From Lama glama (Eukaryota): DNA of 64,000 nucleotides. Of the stretch, positions 1 through 11,329 are shown piece after piece. The notes under the pieces were generated by a model, which ran no database searches, was not told the origin of the DNA, and was given only the letters and a program-made list of their open reading frames with translations. The DNA lies in NCBI GenBank assembly GCA_028534125.1, contig CM052837.1, forward strand, positions 36,890,001 through 36,954,000, in the 5' to 3' direction. Within the stretch, counting starts at the first letter, position 1, and every line of letters begins with the position of its first letter. The position numbers and the translations under genes were made by a program.

Positions 1-3000
1 CAGGCAGCTTTCTGTCACACTGACACCTGGGGTGGGCCCACTGCTTAAGAACGATCAGCTGTTGAAGCTAGAAAAGTCACAGTGAGCCCCTGGAGAGGCG
101 GCGAGCCCTCCACGGGGTGCAGGGAAGCATCCTGCAGGTCGCTGGTCAGAGTGGCCCCATGGGTCACCCTCTCTGGAGCCACCCCACTGCCACTGGGTCC
201 CCAACCCACTCGGCGCTAAGACCAGGCAGCTACTGTGGCAAGGACAGTGTCGTGGGGACTGAGGGCTCAGAAGACGCACGTGGAGTAGCTGGGGGTGCTG
301 CTGTGACATCAGCCTTTTTCAGCTCAGCGGGACAAGGGCAGAGTGAAGCTCCCCATTTCAGCTGCTCCTTCACTGTCAAGATTTTTCTCAGGGTGAAAAA
401 TCAAGTGGCAAGAGAAAACCATTTTGCTCTTGTGCCTTTGCTTAAGTATCGCGAAGTCAATCATTCTTCTAGAAGTAAAGTACTGCTTGCTTTCACATCA
501 GAAAACACACGCACTCCCCAAACGAGACTGGGGGCGGCCCGGGCTGCTCTTCAGCACTGGGGGGCTTTATGTAGGTCCACAGCAGACTGTCCTGCTTTGG
601 GGCTACAAGTTTTTCAAGACTGATTTCTTCTTACTGGTGTCCAGTATTTGAGTGACCTACACCTTTTTAGAGAGGGGCAGAGAACTGTCCATAATAAACT
701 TGCAAAAAGCAAGTACACACCTGGAGGCAAATTACCCTTCCTAGTTTTAATAGTGTGACATACAATATTTTGAAAGTTAACCCCAAACCTGATTTATGTT
801 GGATTGGTAATACATGAAATGGTCAAGCCATCCTTCCACGTGAGCCCGAGAACGCAGCAGGACAGGATGGGGGCCACACAGGGAGGCAGGCATTTCGCCC
901 TTCCTGTCTAGGCTACTGGGACCACGGGGACCAGGCCAGACTCCTTCGGGAGGAGAGATCTCTTGAGACCTGTCAACAGGCAGCCTCACCAGTTTGATGA
1001 GGCTACATTTTAACTGTTATTTGTGCCCGAATTGTCTACTTCAAGCAACATGATGGGGCAAGGGTGTGTTAAGATTTCGTTTACGACCCCCCCAGGCCGC
1101 AGTCCCAAAGGGCCAGGCTCAGCAGAGGGGCCTGCGGCTGGCAGCAGCCTGGGGCCCGGCGGGCTACGCGGCAGTTACCTGTGTGCGCTCCGTGCTGGCC
1201 GCCTCCGAGTGTGCGGCGATGCAAGTCGCCCAGCCTTCACTTACATGAGTCAAAGTGTAAAATGTCTTATCGATCTTCTACGTCTACTTCTTTAATTTTC
1301 AGAAGCTAAGAATAGAACTATGTGCGTGGTGACCTGCAGCACACACAGGCAAGACTGTCCCCTCGCAACTTCGCACACCCCCGGAGCTCGGGAGCCGTGT
1401 GGGGGGTGCACAGCAGCGTCTTCAGAGGGGCCCCTGGGCCCAACACCGCCTCGGGGACTCTCCGTAAGCCCCGCTACAGCAGGTGCGGAGCCCCACAGGC
1501 TGCACGAAAGCACAGAGCGGCAGGAGGCGAGCAGGACCAGTGCTGTGGGGACCTCTAGCCCCACCCCCCCGCAGTGGCTGCAGGTCTGCGTTAGGAGGTT
1601 AAAGTGCATGTACATGTGAAGCCTTTCCTGCCCTCATTTACTCAACAGCTGGATATTCTTTTTTAAAGTGTAGAAAGTAAACACTTAAAAATATCAAAGA
1701 ACACCAGTGACAACCAAGGGAACTGCAACCACGTGGGTAATAGTAAAGTCAGCTGTCACGGTGAATCCTTTACCGGGACAAGTTCTGGTCTTCCCTCCAA
1801 CTGGGGGGAGGAAACCGGTTCAGATGTACAAAGGCTGCTTTGTCTCCCACATTTTTTTTGCCACTGACAATTCAGGAAGAGCAGATAAAAATGGCTCACA
1901 CGACTGATAAAGTGCAACTCCCCCAAGCTGTGCCCTTCCCCTCCAACGTCCCTCACAACCCCACGTGACTCTAGGAGACTTGTCTCCTCCCGTGACGGCC
2001 TGTGGAATGTGCTCCTGGAGCCCACACCAGCTGTCCCCATGGAACCCGTGCCCCGGGACCTGCTTCACATGGCATGGGGACCAGTCTGCGTGGCACACAC
2101 ACGAGCCACTGGGAAATGCTTTTATCTGGGTAAGATGCTCAAAACATTGCTGGATTTGGGTGTACAGTTCTGTCAGGGTTTCCATTTTAATTCTCAAAAC
2201 TAGATGAAACTGTAGAAGTCTCATTTTCCAGTCAAAATCCAGTGTTTTAAGTCACTTATGAGTCATTTAGGGAGTCCAAATACTAGTAGCTGTGCCTGAC
2301 TCAGAATTTCACTTCTGAATTCTAATAAACCAGGGACAATTTAGAAAAACATTTTCAGCCCTCTTTATGCCTTGACAGTAATGAGAAAGAAACAGTGAAA
2401 TGAAGAATAAGGAGTAAGACTGTAAAAACACAAACATACTGTGAAGAGAAATAAATAAAACAATTACAGGTTAAAGAAACTATACAGAAATTGTCAAAAA
2501 CAATTTTTAAAAACTCACCAGAGAACAAGTGTAAGTTAACCCCTCACCCCGGGAACACAAAGGAGTTACCGACACTTTCATGGGAAAAGCAGGGAAGAGC
2601 TTCCATGCATAGCAAGGTCTTGCCTGCCATGGTCACTGAAAAGCAGCCCCTCCCCTTCCTGCAACCCAAGGCCAGTGCCAGGCCTGGGAGGAGCAAGGTC
2701 CAGAGCACCTCCTGGAGCAGGGAGCTGGCTGCCCAAGGATCCAACGCCTGACTGGACCCAGGTCAATGCAGAGAGCGTCTCCTCCTGAGAACCGTCCCCA
2801 GCATGACCTACACCCCAGATCTCATCCCTGCCCCCCCACGTTATGCTCCACAGCCAGGGGTCCTGGTGGGGATGCAGGGCTCTGCCGAGTGTGCGCAGAG
2901 TGCCCCCTCCCACTGGCCTGTCGGGAGGGGCCCCTGCACCTGCGAGGTGACGGCTTGGGGCAGAGAGAGAGGCACTGCTACTCACCAAGGCTGCAGTCGG

Positions 3001-3445
3001 CGCTTTACCAGTGACCTTTACTCTCCTCCCAATCATCTTTTGGGAAGATGACATTTCTGGGATAACAAAAAATGATCAGAAGCAACTAGCTCAAAAATAT
3101 GTTCCTGACGTACACTATGAATTGTGGCTATCCACTCATTTACTTCTGAGCGGTGACCGTGCTGGGAAGGGCAGTCATTAATTTGTCCCAACTTCCCATC
3201 AACAGATCCATCCCCAGCTTCAGTGAGGAGCTGACTGCAGAGAAGAGGGGCAGGGGAGAGGAGGGAAAGCCAGCCTGTGAGCACAGCCCCAACCTTCCCC
3301 CCGTATCACGCGCCAGCCCAGTGCACCTAGACTAACCCCACCCTGGGGGTCTCTGGGCAGGTTCCCAGGTCCGGTCGACAGGGATGGAGGATAACTGAGC
3401 TGAGATCAGTTGCTCAGGGCGCTGTGGCTATACCCCAGTTGTCCT

Positions 3446-3451
3446 TTTATT
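3446..3451 (-). terminator. Probable poly(A) signal of the short DIDO1 isoforms
   Basis: First minus-strand AATAAA I found downstream of the read-through stop (4582), after an AU-rich 3'UTR-like stretch. Confidence 0.5.
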
Positions 3452-3724
3452 CTGACACGTGCCTATCACCAATTTAGAGCACTTCTGCACAATCTTCCAA
3501 AGTGACTGCTCCCCACCTGCGCACAGCTGGGTGATGCCCATTTTCAGGCCTGTTCATAGCCCCCGTTAGCTAAAATGGAGAGGTGCTGCAATTCGATGGA
3601 AATTTGAGACATGTCGTTAGCACGCAGTTCTTAGCTCAAACCTAAGTGTATCAAGACTCATTCTAACACAGCAATTGCTTAATTCTGTACTTAGAGTTCA
3701 CTCCTAAAATCCAAAATTAAAAAC

Positions 3725-3750
3725 ATATATATATATATATATATATATAT
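3725..3750. repeat. (AT)13 microsatellite
   Basis: Read directly from the sequence. Confidence 0.95.
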
Positions 3751-4581
3751 GCAGTAATGCTTTGCAAATTATTTGCAACTCCTTTTCTTGGGTCTTGGGC
3801 CACTACATTCTTAGAATGAGTATTTAGTTACGCATTTTTCTAACCACTCTGGATTTACCATTACCCATGAGGCCTTCCCTCAGGCGACTGCTTAAAAAGC
3901 TGGCTGAAAGAAGGCAGCCCACCTCTGTAATTTTGAGATTTAGGGCTACTTTGTGGTGCTTTTTAAAAAGTCACAAGAGTATAAAACGTAGCACAAAAAA
4001 AACTGAATAAAAATAATAAGATGTGGGTTATGGATCAATTTAAATTCCCAAAATTCAATTTTGGCAAATGAAGCTGAGAAACAAGAACAAAGAGGAAAAA
4101 TTCAAGTTGCATAACCTCATCTAGTCTCTCAAAGTTCTCTCTGAATTATCTGGATCCTGCTCACCTGCAATCTGGAGTGAGGGGACCCAACAGGGCCACA
4201 CTCCAGTGTGGAGGCGGGACACGGGGTCCCCCGTCTGGGTGCTGCAGAGTGGAGAGACACCGTGCTCACTTACCTTCGTGCTTATGAAGCGGCGGTCAAC
4301 GGCCGTTCAAACTGGCTTGTGTGTCTATGTGGTGTGTGGTGTGTGAATTGGACATGAAAAGAAAATCCCTGTCTGGCCGAAAGCAGCTTAACTCCTGAGA
4401 ATCATACTTCAGTGGAACATGAGACACAGCACTACTGTGTGAGAGCCCCCACGACAGAGAAGCGAGGCTCGCGGGCACTCGTGTGGCTCCAAGGCTGGGC
4501 CCACAGCGCGTGTCTGGACGACGGGCGCTCGTGCTGGGCAGTGCGCCTGCTCAACCAGGCACTGTGAGGTCACGCGAATAC

Positions 4582-4862
4582 TTACCAGAGCCTAAGAATA
4601 AAAAAGAGATTAAAGACAGCAACTTTCAGAGGTGAAACATTCAGCAATGAGGCTGGTACAGCTGTTTGGAAAACAGACAGAAGTCCCGACAGACTAAGGG
4701 CGGGCACACGGGGCTCTGAGGTGGCTTGGGTCAGGCGTGCGCGTCCATCTTTGGAAGGGCAGCACAAAACACAGCTACAACTCCCAGCTCTGGACAGGCC
4801 TGAGCGGATGGCTGTCCAGAGAGCCCGGGAAGGGTCCAGAGCTCCCCCTGGGTGATACATAC
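4582..4862 (-). CDS. DIDO1: Read-through C-terminal tail of the short DIDO1 isoform (predicted 620 aa in total)
   Basis: Frame stays open past the exon-6 donor: CMYHPGGALDPSRALW...VAVFNLFFILRLW*, TAA at 4584-4582. The start matches the human short-isoform tail CMYH...LDPSR..W as recalled. Confidence 0.75.
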
Positions 4863-5079
4863 ATTTACACAACAGAGGCGGCCAGGGGGCAGCAGTCCTT
4901 TCTGGCTTTACTGCATTGTAATTGTGGTCACTCGCCCAGGACGGTGTGCCGCTGCTCTCGCAAGTGGCCTCCTGGGTAAGGCCCTCACTCCTGGGAGGGG
5001 CGGCCACCGCCTTCTTCAACGTGTCTTCCTTCTTGTCTGCGGCTGGCCTCTTGTGCACAGAAGAGATTTTAATGCCTGC
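4863..5079 (-). CDS. DIDO1: DIDO1 exon 6 (common part; donor used by the long isoforms)
   Basis: atccag|GCA GGC ATT acceptor; AGIKISSVHKRP...SWASDHNYNAVKPE...LLCK; donor AAAT|GTATGT at 4862; 217 nt, phase 1. Confidence 0.93.
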
Positions 5080-5366
5080 CTGGATAATCAGTAAAACCCC
5101 AATCATTAATGAGGTCAGAATTACCTTCCTACATTTCACTTTCCAATCACAGTCGGGCCATGCCCTATTCCCGGTGTCCAGTCAAGCCCCACAGCGCCCT
5201 GAGCTTGTGCGTGCACGGCATCCGCTCAGCGCGAGGGCCTGGCCCACCTCCCACATCATGCCCAGGACTTCAGCGTCAGAGAGACGTGACAGCACAGCGC
5301 ACGATCCTGCGGTACAGGCAGGCCTCCACGCGAGAAGACGACAACGAACGCAAGGGCCAGTGGAGA

Positions 5367-5372
5367 CAGGCA

Positions 5373-5405
<33 letters not shown>

Positions 5406-5414
5406 ACACACACA
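5367..5414. repeat. Compound (CAGG)n/(CA)n microsatellite
   Basis: CAGG CAGA (CAGG)7 CAGA (CA)4. Confidence 0.95.
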
Positions 5415-6087
5415 CCAGGGGCACCAAGGACAGCTCCGAGCCCGTCCCCTAATTCCCCCGCACTCGTGCCGGCACCCCTTAACCATGGAAGCAACAACTG
5501 CTTCTTCGGGAGTTCCATGATTCAAACTTCTCAGCCTTGAAGAGTAAGCCCCCTAATCCTAAATAAGCATTTTAAGCATCAAAAAAACTCCCAGAAAAGC
5601 AGTAGTTACACTTTGATGTGAGGCCGTGACACAGCCACATCAAACTGAGACAAAACTCGAGTCAGCAAGGGCCTGTGATCTTGAAAACATCCCGGCTCTT
5701 CCAAAAGCACAAGCAGTGCAGGGGGCCGAGGCCGAGGCTAAGTCCCAGAGGGGGCAGAGCACGGGGCCCCGCCAGAGATCCCACCCCTGCCCCTGCTGCC
5801 CTGTGTTTCCACACAACAGCTGCCAGCGCTTCTCCCAAGAAGGCTGGCCTGTGGATGAGAAGCTGCTTCTGCGCAGCAGCCAGCTCCTGAGTTTATGCCG
5901 ATGAAGCCCTGGCCAGAGCAACACTGGAACAGACGCTTCTTTGTAATTCTGACAGAAAACTGGAGGCGGTGGGGGCCAGGGCACGGGTGGCAGCACAGCA
6001 CACACCCGGGCCGCCGCGCCCGCTGTGCCAGCCCAGTCTGTGGCGCCCCCAGCTCCCTCCTCGGATGGCTGGTCTTGCTCAGCTTAC

Positions 6088-6300
6088 CTGAGCGCTGCAT
6101 TTCTGAAGAACGAGCTTCTCGGGCTTTGCCTTGGCTTTCTCTCTAGGCTTCGGCTTCTGCTCTTTCCCCGCACTCAGAAACCTCATGGTGGCGGCAGCAT
6201 GCTTCAGGATGCAGTCATTGCTGCAGTAAACTGAGTCGGGCTGCGCCACGCTAGAGCACCCAGGCCCGATGCACCTGGAGGCGCCAGGAGCCTCCACCAC
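6088..6300 (-). CDS. DIDO1: DIDO1 exon 5 (Cys-rich motif CIGPGCSSVAQPDSVYCSNDC)
   Basis: ttttcctgcag|GTGGTG acceptor, CAG|GTAAGC donor, 213 nt in frame; the C-x4-C-x10-C-x3-C motif resembles that of CXXC1/CFP1. Confidence 0.96.
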
Positions 6301-6544
6301 CTGCAGGAAAAAAACAGGACTTCAAACAACCTACTTCCACCTTCAGCAGGCATGGCGCTTTGTAAAACCACGCCTCACAGTACTGAGACCGCTTCTTAAC
6401 GGTGGACGACCATGAGTAAAGGAGCGCCTCTGGTCATCCAGAGCACACAGCCCGCCTCCCCCCAACCCCTGCCGTATGCGGCCCTCACGTCAGGCGTGGA
6501 GGGCAGAGGTCTCAGGGGACTTCAGGACTCACCTCTGAATAGAA

Positions 6545-7010
6545 TGGGATTTCACACCCACAATTAAGGTTCCATCATTGGGCACAGGGGCAGGGATTTT
6601 GCACATGTAATTAAGGTCCCAAATAGAAGGATTCCCAGGAGGCTCAAAGAGTCTGATTTAATCCAATGAAAGCCCTTGAGAGGGCCTGGCTGGGAGAGGG
6701 CCGTGGCAGGGCACTGAGGGCAAGACTGCCAGACAGCATCCAGGATGGCCAACTCAATCTGTCTCAGAAAAAGGTAACTTTGTAGCCATGTGCGCCACGA
6801 ACATCACACAGGACATAGGTATTTGCTAAATCACGTGAGAGCTTTGGAAAGTGGCTCTTTCCCCAGCCCCCACCTACCCCCGGTGTGCAGCCCGAGAGAC
6901 CCAGAGCAGAGGGCCTTGCTAAGCCAGGCCCAGGTTTCTGACCCACAGAAAGCAGCTCATGACTTTGTTTTAAGCTGCTAAGTCTGTGGCACCCTGTCAC
7001 GCCGTGGCAG
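6545..7010 (+). mobile_element. MaLR LTR (MLT1E/F-like), degraded
   Basis: GGGATTTTGCACATGTAATTAAGGTCCCAAAT and TTCTGACCCACAGAAA...TTGTTTTAAGCTGCTAAGTCTGTGG are MLT1 hallmarks. Confidence 0.6.
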
Positions 7011-8137
7011 GGATGGAGGGCACTGCAAGGACCAAGTGCAGCCGCTGCTGTTTACGACGGAAGCACGTTCTGACGCTCACGACACATGTGCAAGCACAGA
7101 CCCCTCGGACGTACTGGAGCCAAGTCTTACTTCTCAAGGGAGGTACTTAACTGTCTTTCCTCCAAAGAATCCAAGTTTTACTCAAAAATATTTAAGCTAC
7201 ATAGTCTCAAACACACCAGCAATAGGAAGACTTTCCCCACTAATTCAATTTCCATTAATCAAAAAAAACTACCATTTACTGTCACACTTCCATGGCAGTA
7301 TGGTACAATTTACACGGTCCAGCCCTCGAGGCCGACACAGGACACAGGGTTATGGCAGGGGTGCCGACAAGCCCACCTCAGAGCCTCCTGTGTGCCCAAC
7401 ACCTGCTGACGGACGGGCGGCGGGGTGCCCCCACCAGAGGCCTGGAGCGAAAACATGCTCTGGGCAGGCCGACCGGGAGAGCAAGATGCATGCAAACCGC
7501 GAGAAAGAACCACGGACGGGAAGGGGCCTAGAAACCAGCCGACAGGAGACACAGGTAAACAGAGCCGGGGAGGGAGCACAGAGCCCGCGCAAGCACTGGC
7601 GGGCGCCAGGGAGCACGCAAGGGTGTCCCCTCAGCAGAGGGCGCCCTCGAAGCGCCACCGCTGGGAGGATGGAGGCGAGCCAGGAAGGCGGGGTGGGTGG
7701 AAGACCACCGGCTCGCTCAGGGTGGTGGCAGGTGGTTCAGGCGCACACATTCTTTGGTGATGAAAAATAATTTCCTTACTTAACATACGAACTTTAAACT
7801 CAAGATCCCATTCACAAGAACACTTAATAAACTTTTTAAAAGTGAGTCCATTTAAGGAAAACGTTCAGCCAGTAAAAACAGCACAGAAGGAAGATATAAC
7901 TAAAAAAAAAAAAGAAAAAAGAAAAAAGAAAAAAAGAACGGCAGTGCCGGCATCACACAGGGGCACGGAGCCCACGGGGAGGCCACTGCCCTGCCCCGGG
8001 CCCAGCCTCGCACGGCGCCGCTCCAGGGAGATCAACTCATCTCAGAAGAAACAACTGCTGGTCTGGACGGTTCTGTCAACCGCAGTCTGAGATCTCAAAG
8101 GTGACCCCACCGCTGACCTCAAGAGACAGGTACTTAC

Positions 8138-8459
8138 GGGCTGGAATATCTTGAGTTTTTTCTTGCCACTTGGGTTCGCAGCCTTCTCAATTCTGCCCTT
8201 TATTCCTTGGTCTTCACTCGATTTCTGCTCTATGGTTCCTATACTGGTAAAGTCGGTGCCGTCAGCATCAGCAGCTCTCACCCGCACGTCCTGCGGGTCT
8301 GCAGTCTCTGAGCTGTTCTCGTCCTGCACCTGCAGGATGGTGCAATTTGGGCAGATATAGTCTTCCCCATTCCTCTCCAAGAGCCTCCCTCGAGCCTCAG
8401 AAATGCCCACACAGTCGCCATGAAACCATTCTTCGCATCGGTCACAGCAAATCATAAAC
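8138..8459 (-). CDS. DIDO1: DIDO1 exon 4 (rest of PHD finger)
   Basis: Acceptor CAG|G TTT ATG; FMICCDRCEEWFHGDCVGISEARGRLLERNGEDYICPNC completes a C4HC3 PHD; ends KKKLKIFQP|GTAAGT; 322 nt. Confidence 0.97.
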
Positions 8460-9081
8460 CTGAGATTATAAAATATTAGGAACAGAAAATGAGAAACAAA
8501 TCAAATGGGTTTCAACATTCTATTATGAAAAATGTGCAAACACACACAACATCCACGTGGCCTTTTCTTGACTTTACTAACATTCAACTAAATTTGCTTC
8601 AATCATCTTTGTGGGGGGCGTCCTGCCCTGAACACCACAGTGCTTGCCCATGAAATGGCAACAATGCCTTTACCACCACTCTCCTGACGAACTAAAACTA
8701 GTCACCAAACACTCCGGGCACCCAGTCAAAGCCAGACTCTGAGCTGCCCCTACATCCATGCCACCGTCCAGGACAGCTCAGAGTGTTGACCCAAAGAGCT
8801 CTCCCAGACCACACCGCCCGGCATGCTGACCTCTGGCTGCACATGGCTGGTGTGAGTGAGACACAGACACCCAAGGCCACCTGCCACCACTGGACGGTCC
8901 CCACCCGCTCCACTTGCTGCTTCTTGGACAAGGACTGGTTTGTCTATTTAAACTGAACAAGTGGCTCCTCCAGGCCAACCAAGGGCTCTTTACATTCCAA
9001 CAGTAGCAAATCTCAGGTGTCCAAGGCCTGGCCTTTCTGGACAGCTCAGGCACCCAGCCCCGGGGCCACACCTCAACCCAC

Positions 9082-9911
9082 CTGTTGTTGTGGGGCTGCC
9101 GGCAGATGCAGTACAGGGCACTGGGGTCGTAGCCCTCACACTCGGGCTTGGGTCTGACCACGTCCCCAGCCTCTTCGTCCTTAAGCCCCGGGGCCGCCCT
9201 CCCCTCTGGCCGGCTCTCCCTGGCCTCTCTTGCCACCTGGGGCGTGGCCCCCTGCTCAGCCTCGGGCTCCTGCTGGCCAGGCAGTGAGCCCTCCACGGGG
9301 CCGCCCGCCTGGCCGTCCACAGACTCAGGAGGCTCGTCGCCCCGGCGCTTCTTCCTCAGCCTGCTCTGCGGGCCCTTGGCGGGCCCGTCGGCTGGCTCCT
9401 GCGCTCGCTTCCTCCGCAGCCGGTTCTGAAGCTCCTTCAAGGTCAAGCCGTCGCTGTCGCTGTCAGAGGTGTCGTCCTCACCGCCGCCCCCTCTGGCCTT
9501 TGCAGGGGCCGGGCGGCCCCTGGCGCCCGCAGAGCTGGCCTTGGGCCCGCTCTTCACATCGGAGGCGCTCTCCACGCTCCCTTCAGAGGCGGTTTCGGCG
9601 TCTGTGACGGGGCACGAAGTGGGCTCGCCGGGGTCCTCCAGGGAGACAGGGGCGCTCCTCCTGCCTCTGCGGCGGACAGTGGTGAGGAACTCCTCCACCC
9701 GCTCCGTCCGCTTTGGCTGCCGCCCGCTGCGCCGCAGGGAGAGGCTCTGCTGCTGCGGCTGCGGCTCCAGGGAGTCCAACTCCACCTCCCCCACGCCCTC
9801 GCGCTTGGCGATGGTGGTTCTCCGGAACCCCCACGTCTTCCTGAACTCTTTGCTGGTGGGCTTGACGGCCCTGGGCGCATCCTCCCCGCTCGGATCGCCC
9901 TTCTCGTCCAT
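9082..9911 (-). CDS. DIDO1: DIDO1 first coding exon (exon 3; acceptor AG 9915-9914, exon starts 9913, ATG 9911)
   Basis: Translates MDEKGDPSGEDAPRAVKPTSKEFRKTWGFRRTTIAKREG...DDTSDSDSDGLTLKELQNRLRRKR...ALYCICRQPHNNR, the DIDO N-terminus with basic NLS-like stretches and the first half of the PHD finger. Donor AG|GTGGGT at 9081; 830 coding nt, phase 2. Confidence 0.96.
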
Positions 9912-11329
9912 ACCTGCCGGGCAGACACAAGCAGACCACGACGGCGTCAGCCAGGGCCCTGCTCCCTCCAAGGACCAGGAGCCACCGGTGACAGGAGCAC
10001 CCACAAGGGAGCAGCACCCACGTGGGAAACATGGTGACCCAACACTCCTCCACCTACGCAAGTGAAGGGGCTTCCTAAAGTGCGGTACATGAGACCATTC
10101 AAGGTGATTCTTGAAGAAAATTTTAACTGTCATATATCTAATGTTCAGCAGAAAAACACAGCCAGCAACACAGATTTAGTTTGCTGGCTAACTGCTAGGG
10201 ACAAGGATTTCTAAAACAGGTGGTGGGGGAAGGAGTCGAGGAGCAGCATGTGCGTGAGGACAGGACGGGGTCCACCTCCCTCCCCTGGAGTCAGGCTGGC
10301 CTTCGACACTCCGGTCCTGGGCTCTGAGGCCCTGAGCTGCATGAGATGTGCAGCCACCCTGTGCACACCTCACACAGAGCAACCATGGGGAGATGGCGTG
10401 GTGTTGGCCCGAACCCCAGCCCTGCTGTGGGCTGAGTGGTGAGTGAGCCCTGTGGTCGCCCTGCAGGGGAACCCTGCCCAGACTCGGGAGCCATGACCAC
10501 GTGGACACGAGATGGGTGCTGCTTGGGTCCAGTGGGCTCCAGGGACAGGCGTTAACACCGGGACAAAGGAAATACACAACCAGACGGTACCTTGAATGTG
10601 GATTTCTTCTCTCTCTCCTTACCTTTTCACTTTCTTTCTAATGGATTATTAAAGGGTCACGTTTGGGAAAACTTTATTCTTACTTAAAGCGAAGAAGACT
10701 TGAAACAGTATATACCTTGAGAATTTTTTTCCCCAAGCTGTGCAGGCTTTAATCACATTTAACTGCTAACGATGACTCAGACTTTATGCCACGTTCCATC
10801 CTAGAGGAATGACTGGTATGGAATGAAAACCTTCAAAACATAAACAAAATTCAAATCACACACAACCTAATCCTTTGCTTCCCAATGAGTGCTGTCACCC
10901 CCCATTCACCTGCCCAATTCTGCAGCTCCTCCACCCTGTGTCAGCCTGTGACACTCCCAGGTCACTCAGAAGCCTGCAGGAGTAGCTGTGACATCAGCTG
11001 TGCCACCATACCACACCACTTTTCTTGTCTCCCAAGTTCTTCTGCAGGAAAAATTCTCTACAAAACCCAGTTCTCACCAAAGGGACTAGACAACATCATC
11101 GTAAACGCACCACTAAAACCACGACAGTAAAAATAAAGGGGACAATCAAGGTCAACCCCTCAGCATACAATTAACATTCATCTAAAAACTTGGGCTAAAG
11201 GCTAGAGTATTTCAATAAAGTATTAATGTTGTATCAGTTTCTTTACATATAATGCCACTTTAGACACAGAAAACATGTTATCAAGCCTTAAGATTTTGCG
11301 GTTGACTTTTAATCTTATTGACGCGTTAC

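Noticed and set aside
8778-10133. 451-aa ORF as a single-exon protein with an extended N-terminus
   Set aside because: Only 9911-9082 is DIDO1 coding sequence; the flanks lie beyond a clear acceptor (9914) and donor (9081).
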